DNA of 64,000 nt from a virus (taxonomy: Duplodnaviria; Caudoviricetes). Shown here one piece after another: positions 58,922 to 64,000 of the stretch (position 1 is its first letter; each line of letters begins with the position of its first letter). Location of the stretch: IMG/VR virus record IMGVR_UViG_3300011008_000008. One strand, written 5' to 3'. The notes under the pieces are model-generated. The model did not search any database and was not told the origin of the DNA. It saw only the letters and a list, made by a program, of their open reading frames with translations. Made by a program: the position numbers and the translations under genes.

Positions 58922-58967
58922 ATTATAGCACGTATATAATGGTTTGTCAATACATTTTTGTCTTATT
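58922..58967 (-). promoter_or_regulatory. Phage promoter with upstream box
   Basis: AATAAGACA...TATTGACA-N17-TATAAT with extended -10 TG. Confidence 0.85.
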
Positions 58968-59414
58968 TTATGATTTATATAGCTGATATTTTTTACTGAT
59001 CTTATGTGCAACTTCATCTGGCAACGGACAAAACCAAATGCCCGTCAAGGTTGTACCATCCTCTTCCTCTGGCTCCAGTTCAGTCAGACACTTATCATAT
59101 ATCAATCCGAACTGATTACCCTCATGCAGTCCAAGCAAAAGTGCCTGGTCTCTTGCTTTTAGTAGATGTTCTTTGTTTCGCGCTTCGCAAATGGTTTTCG
59201 TAAATGAGGCATTGATATAGTTTTCAAAAACATCCTTTTCTACCAAGATCGGAATCTGCAATAGATCGCCGATTTCCTCAGTTTTTTCTGATTTTGAAAA
59301 ATAAACAATATCCTTTGTCCAATATGCTTCTGCACAATGAGCGACCTGCGCCGCCAGCTTACCGGCTGACAAGTGCAGGTCTTTTCTTATGATAAACAAC
59401 CTTCTGAATCCCAT
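58968..59414 (-). CDS. Peptidyl-tRNA hydrolase, PTH2 family
   Basis: R.DL.LSAGKLAAQVAH and D...TE...T.T motifs. Confidence 0.8.
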   Translation of the reverse strand: MGFRRLFIIRKDLHLSAGKLAAQVAHCAEAYWTKDIVYFSKSEKTEEIGDLLQIPILVEKDVFENYINASFTKTICEARNKEHLLKARDQALLLGLHEGNQFGLIYDKCLTELEPEEEDGTTLTGIWFCPLPDEVAHKISKKYQLYKS

Positions 59415-59416
59415 GA

Positions 59417-59605
59417 TTACAAAACCTTTTCACAAGGCCCATTATCAATAGTTATTTCTGTGAAGTTAGAATACTTTCCAATGAGTCTATAATCACTACT
59501 CATTTTCAAACCATCAAAATCTACGGTTATATCAACGCATGCAGCATCAGGAAACAGCTCTCGCACAATATCGTATATCTTCTTCATCGCTTCGTTCTTA
59601 TCCAT
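59417..59605 (-). CDS. Hypothetical protein
   Basis: AAGGAG RBS. Confidence 0.5.
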   Translation of the reverse strand: MDKNEAMKKIYDIVRELFPDAACVDITVDFDGLKMSSDYRLIGKYSNFTEITIDNGPCEKVL

Positions 59606-59628
59606 TATATTTTTTCTCCTTCATACTT

Positions 59629-59811
59629 TTAAATCTCCGCTAAACGATCCGGCATCTTCTCGCCGTCTGACAACCCTACATAAATAACGCTGACATCAAA
59701 TCCAAGAGCATCAAGCAGATCATATGTATCAATCGGATATCCCTCAATGACCTTGCGGCCACCTGCATATACTGCCTCCAGATTACCCTCAACCTTTTTT
59801 GCAATCGTCAT
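59629..59811 (-). CDS. Hypothetical protein
   Basis: Short ORF in operon orientation. Confidence 0.4.
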   Translation of the reverse strand: MTIAKKVEGNLEAVYAGGRKVIEGYPIDTYDLLDALGFDVSVIYVGLSDGEKMPDRLAEI

Positions 59812-59858
59812 TTCACTAATATATTTCTCTATAATAACACCCTCTCAAGTTATGGCTT

Positions 59859-60495
59859 TTAGAGAATAGTTGATGCAGCCTTTTTCACCATCTTCTGATG
59901 ATTACTGTCAACCTTATTTGATCCGTGCGTTCGGCTGTTGAGAAAATGGCAACAATGGTGGCCAGGGAAATTGTTGTTTAGATTGCTTCCGCCATGCGGC
60001 ATGCCATGAATTGAAGCAGCATAATTCACACCATTGATCGTAACAAATACAGCGCGGCGCTTCCACGACCATCCGCCGCCATAAACCTTCTTCAACTTCG
60101 CTGTATCGGCTTTGGTGCAGGGCTGGATATCAGCATGATTCTTCCCAGCAAAACGCTTCTCTTTCCAACTAATACCCGTCTCAACATCCGTAATAATTGC
60201 CGTTACGCCTATGGCAAAAATCTTCTGGATATCACTTGTCCACCAGTCCATAGTCTTGGCTGATCCCGAAACGCCATATTCGTTCTTGGGCTGTTCAATC
60301 CCAAGGGCGGCGTAGGTCTTTGCGCCAGCAATGCCATCCGCCGTAAGGTGCTTTGCTTTTTGAAAGGCTTTCACTGCTTTTTCTGTTTCTGAACCAAAAA
60401 TCCCATCTACTGACCCCTTTAAATAGCCAAGTTCCTTTAGCTTCTTTTGCAGCACCTTGACATTAGAGCCAGTGCTCCCCTTTTTCAAACTCATA
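59859..60495 (-). CDS. PG-binding-domain protein with His/Cys-rich C-terminal domain
   Basis: LKKGSTG...DGIFG...DGIAG repeat; GMPH...GHHCCHF...TH. Confidence 0.75.
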
Positions 60496-60508
60496 TAGTC
60501 TCTCCTTA

Positions 60509-60724
60509 CTAATAGCCCATACAATCATAGTGTTTCATTTCAACATCATCCGGTTTCTTGATCATCACAATCTGCTTTGCGTTAATAATAATCTTGTCAT
60601 TCTGAATATCACTCATTGCCTGTTTGCCAAGTTCATTAGCTGAATCAAATATAATTACATTCTCTGGACGCGAAGTAATCTTCATATTATTTGAAAGTAC
60701 TACAGTAATATAACCATCATTCAA
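60509..60724 (-). CDS. Hypothetical protein
   Basis: Short ORF in operon orientation. Confidence 0.4.
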   Translation of the reverse strand: MNDGYITVVLSNNMKITSRPENVIIFDSANELGKQAMSDIQNDKIIINAKQIVMIKKPDDVEMKHYDCMGY

Positions 60725-60740
60725 GTATTATCATCATCCT

Positions 60741-61955
60741 TTATCTAAGCTCAACAAGGTATTTAATCGTGCATTGTTCTTCTTTATAAACAATGATCTC
60801 GTCATTTCTTAGCATACTTCCAGCATGCGCGTGGAGACAATTTGCTCCAGGGCAAAGCTTTTGAAGTTCAGAATAATTAAGCCTATAAAACTTACCATCA
60901 AAAGAATAAACATTATAAGATTTGCCATAAGCGACGTTCATCAAAGCCATAAAACCAGAATTGGATTTACCTCTTGCCCAATAGCTACCGGAAATACTTG
61001 TATACCCTAATGACTTCCTGGCTTTAGGTGCATAATAAATGCCATAGCCGAACATTTTACCATTGATAATAGCATTGGTCGGCCTCAATAACAAACCATT
61101 CTGTATAATCGACCACCAGTTTTCATTGCGTGACCCATGAAATAGCAGCCTTATATCTTTAATATCGTTTTCTTTGACATACTTTTCAAAACGTTCTTGC
61201 GTTTTTAGATTCTTTACGCGCCATGCCCTATAAAGCATATCCGAACAACTGCCGAGAGCAACCTTGATTGTCGCAATATCATCTGAGTCACATTCTTCAA
61301 ATTCTAAACCGAGTGTTTCAAGAATAGTATGTTCACTCTTGGTTTCGCCGCCATCATCATTATCAACAAAAATCTTCTTCTCAACAACCTGACCGGCCAT
61401 GACATCAAGCAGCTCTTGCTCTCTATGAATGATCTTGCCAAATTCATCTGCACTCTTTGCAATATGATTTGATACCGAACCCATCCTTCTCGGAATGGTT
61501 GTGAACAGCCTTGTCAGTTCTTGGTTAAACTCACTGACAGTTTGAATAGAAATCAATCCATTGATAATCTCTTGCGCCTCGTCCACCATAGATTGAGTTA
61601 CTTTGTTGGATGAAATAGTATAGTTTGCTTCAATTGCGGCGTGCGCCATTTCCTGTAAGCGCCTTACTATATTGGCGATGTTAGGATTATCAATTTCCTT
61701 ATAACCAGATTTTTCCTTTGGCTTTTCTGCGATGAGATCTCGAATCAATTCGGTCTGATCAACATAACCCTTCTTGATTTTTTCTCTGTACTTTGCTTCA
61801 AATTGCCGCTTATTATAGCGTCTGGATTGTGAACCGCTGCCGATGCGACCATATTCCGCAGTCCACATTTCCCCTTCTGGGATCATATCATAATATTTAT
61901 TATGGTTTGCACCGGCAGTTACCATTACTAAATGCTTAGGAGAATACTCAATCAT
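60741..61955 (-). CDS. WGR + PARP-type ADP-ribosyltransferase
   Basis: NKYY...YGRIG (WGR); FHGS, GKMFGYGIYYA and NDEIIVY (H-Y-E triad). Confidence 0.9.
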   Translation of the reverse strand: MIEYSPKHLVMVTAGANHNKYYDMIPEGEMWTAEYGRIGSGSQSRRYNKRQFEAKYREKIKKGYVDQTELIRDLIAEKPKEKSGYKEIDNPNIANIVRRLQEMAHAAIEANYTISSNKVTQSMVDEAQEIINGLISIQTVSEFNQELTRLFTTIPRRMGSVSNHIAKSADEFGKIIHREQELLDVMAGQVVEKKIFVDNDDGGETKSEHTILETLGLEFEECDSDDIATIKVALGSCSDMLYRAWRVKNLKTQERFEKYVKENDIKDIRLLFHGSRNENWWSIIQNGLLLRPTNAIINGKMFGYGIYYAPKARKSLGYTSISGSYWARGKSNSGFMALMNVAYGKSYNVYSFDGKFYRLNYSELQKLCPGANCLHAHAGSMLRNDEIIVYKEEQCTIKYLVELR

Positions 61956-62448
61956 ATTTTATAACTTGCAAACTAAAATCTCGATGTCTGTATCGCTGAA
62001 TACACTGGTAATAATATCTTTGACTTCATCCCAATTCAGACGATCCAAGCCACAGCCGATAAGCGGTATTGCCAGCTTATTGATATTCTTATCAATCATC
62101 TGTTCCTTCATATCGTAAAGCGTGCTCTCAACCGTGGAATATGTCGGCTTATGAAAATATCTTTCCTTGGTAACAAGATTAAAGACATTGTCAACCAGCA
62201 ACGCGATACCAATATCGGTAGACTTCTTACCCGATTCAATAGGATAGAATTTATGCAGCTTAAACCGCATGTTATAAACTTCATCAAATTTCTTTGCAAT
62301 GCCAGCGCCCAGCGCGTAATCACCGCTGATACAATGCGCAAGGTAATAACCCTGCGGAACAGAAAACAATATAATGGCCCCAGGAATTAGGACCACGCCT
62401 GACAACTTGATGGTGAACATGGTATAATAAAAACAAGGAGTTGATACC

Positions 62449-62784
62449 ATGACTTACCAGCATTACACCCCAGAATTCAAGGCCAAGATTGTCCTGCAAG
62501 TCCTCCAAGGCGAAAAGGAGATCGGAGAACTGGCCAAAGAGAACAACATCAACCCGAACTTGATCCGGAAATGGCGGACGATCTTTTTGGAGAAAGCCTC
62601 CACGGTGTTTGAAGACCCGGAGAAGGAAGCTGCCAAGGCCAAGCGGAAGGAGGAAAGCCTGGAGAAGAAGCAAAAGGAAATGCTGTCTACGATTGGCCAG
62701 CTGACGCTGGAACGTAACTTCCTCCAGGATGCCTTTCGCCGTTCAGGGCGAACCGTCCCCCGATTTGATCAAGAAGACGAGTGA
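62449..62784 (+). CDS. IS3 transposase OrfA
   Basis: YTPEFKAKIV HTH and IGQLTLE motifs. Confidence 0.9.
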   Translation: MTYQHYTPEFKAKIVLQVLQGEKEIGELAKENNINPNLIRKWRTIFLEKASTVFEDPEKEAAKAKRKEESLEKKQKEMLSTIGQLTLERNFLQDAFRRSGRTVPRFDQEDE

Positions 62785-63604
62785 TTTGTCGGTCAGACGA
62801 CAATGCGAACTGCTGGGCGTAACTCGTTCGAAGGTGTACTATACGCCCAAAAGCCCAGACGAGCAGGCTGTCGAACGCAAAGAGAAAATCATGGCTCTCA
62901 TTGATTACTGGCATACCGAGAATCCCGCATGGGGTGCCCGGAAAATCCGTATTTTGCTTCGCAACGACGGGTATCTTGTTACCCGAAAAACCGTAACGAA
63001 GTACATGCGCGAGATGGCGATCTATCCGATTTATCCCGGTCCGAACACCTCGAAGCGCAACTATAAGGAAGGAATCCTTCCGTACCTGCTCAGAGGCTAT
63101 GTGCCCCAGTTCCCGAATCAGGTGTGGTCGATTGACATCACCTACATCAAGATGAAGCGTCGGCACATGTACCTGACCGCCGTCATCGACTGGTACAGCC
63201 GCATGATCGTGGGCTGGAAGCTGTCGGACACTCTGGAAGCGGCTCCCGTATTGGAAGTTGTCCGGGAAGCAGTGGAACGTCACGGTGTTCCGGCGATCAT
63301 CAACTCGGATCAGGGCAGCCAGTTCACCAGCGACGACTATAAAGAATTGCTCAAATCGCTGCACATCCGGCAAAGCATGGACGGAAAGTCACGCTGGGCG
63401 GACAACATCATGATTGAACGCTGGTTCCGCAGTCTCAAGACCGAGAAGATCTACATTGAAGAGTACACGACCGAACGCGAGCTTCGTGCTTGTATCGCAG
63501 CATTCATCAACCAGTACAACAACGTCCGTCCCCACGAATCGCTGGACAATGCTACCCCTGCATCTGTATATGCTTCCAGTTTCGACCTCTGCTCCTGCGC
63601 ATGA
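62729..63604 (+). CDS. IS3 transposase OrfB (DDE), in the -1 frame relative to OrfA
   Basis: WSIDITY, NSDQGSQF and ERWFRSLK.E motifs. Confidence 0.93.
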   Translation: MPFAVQGEPSPDLIKKTSDLSVRRQCELLGVTRSKVYYTPKSPDEQAVERKEKIMALIDYWHTENPAWGARKIRILLRNDGYLVTRKTVTKYMREMAIYPIYPGPNTSKRNYKEGILPYLLRGYVPQFPNQVWSIDITYIKMKRRHMYLTAVIDWYSRMIVGWKLSDTLEAAPVLEVVREAVERHGVPAIINSDQGSQFTSDDYKELLKSLHIRQSMDGKSRWADNIMIERWFRSLKTEKIYIEEYTTERELRACIAAFINQYNNVRPHESLDNATPASVYASSFDLCSCA

Positions 63605-64000
63605 CGGATTCGAAATGGTCTGACCGATCGGCCTGGGCATTTATTCCACGGTTCCCCTTGACAACGGGGGCCGGCGGCAGTGTTTCCCGGCCAACGAGCC
63701 ACCCGCATGCTTCGCAGGGTTGGCCCTGCCACATAGGCTAACACTGCCGCTTCCCCATTATCAAGGGGACTTTCGCGGCATAAACGCCCCGGCCTGCGTT
63801 GTACCTCTCCTCCAGGGCGGCACCAGCACAAAGCCGATATTCGTCTGGCCATCCGTTCACCATTAAATCTTGGTGAGTGGTCTTGACAAGGGGGCCATTA
63901 TACAAATCCTGCTGTACTTCAGTTAAAATCATTTCTAAAAACTTCCTTTCTTATAGTGTACTGCAATCAAACTTCGTATTACTCTGCTTTAGATAAACAT

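Larger units (their letters stand above)
62370..63902 (+). mobile_element. IS3-family insertion sequence, 1533 bp, CAA target duplication
   Basis: Terminal IRs TATAATGGCCCC...GACCAC; CAA at 62367-69 and 63903-05; higher GC than the flanks. Confidence 0.93.
61959..63932 (-). pseudogene. Macrodomain (TARG1/DarG-like) gene interrupted by IS3
   Basis: Removing the IS and one CAA joins MILTEVQQDL to FSVPQGYYLAHCISGDYALGAGIA; NLVTK and P.IGCGLD motifs. Confidence 0.9.

Noticed and set aside
599-63852. Numerous antisense shadow ORFs opposite long genes
   Set aside because: They lack RBS or recognisable motifs and are fully overlapped by well-supported genes.
1-64000. Stop-codon reassignment
   Set aside because: Core genes are intact in the standard code and no suppressor tRNA was found.

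Overview
64 kb of a large, AT-rich temperate phage genome, probably infecting a Bacillota host, seen in the unintegrated (attP) configuration. Plus strand, 1-10.5 kb: the 3' part of a giant tail/receptor-binding protein diversified by a complete DGR (VR, tandem-domain Avd, TR, RT), then a lysis region whose C39-type cell-wall peptidase gene is split by a 249-nt group I intron. Next come attP (promoter plus 5' half of tRNA-Val) and a tyrosine integrase. Minus strand, 11-64 kb: nucleotide metabolism and replication genes (dut, nrdJ, gmk, thyX, dnaE, primase, dnaB, SSB, Sak), RNA-repair genes, a DNA-modification cluster, about 15 tRNAs mixed with tRNA-like and structured RNAs, and a PARP/macrodomain pair whose macrodomain gene is disrupted by an IS3 element. 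The three best candidates for new biology are: (1) a split, permuted C5-methyltransferase with about seven target-recognition modules on small overlapping ORFs gated by poly-G tracts; (2) a tRNA-Lys carrying a 62-nt mini-tRNA inside its anticodon; (3) a Ro/TROVE-like TerD protein flanked by five Y-RNA-like repeats, one with a permuted tRNA module. Family names come from motif recognition by eye; no searches were run.
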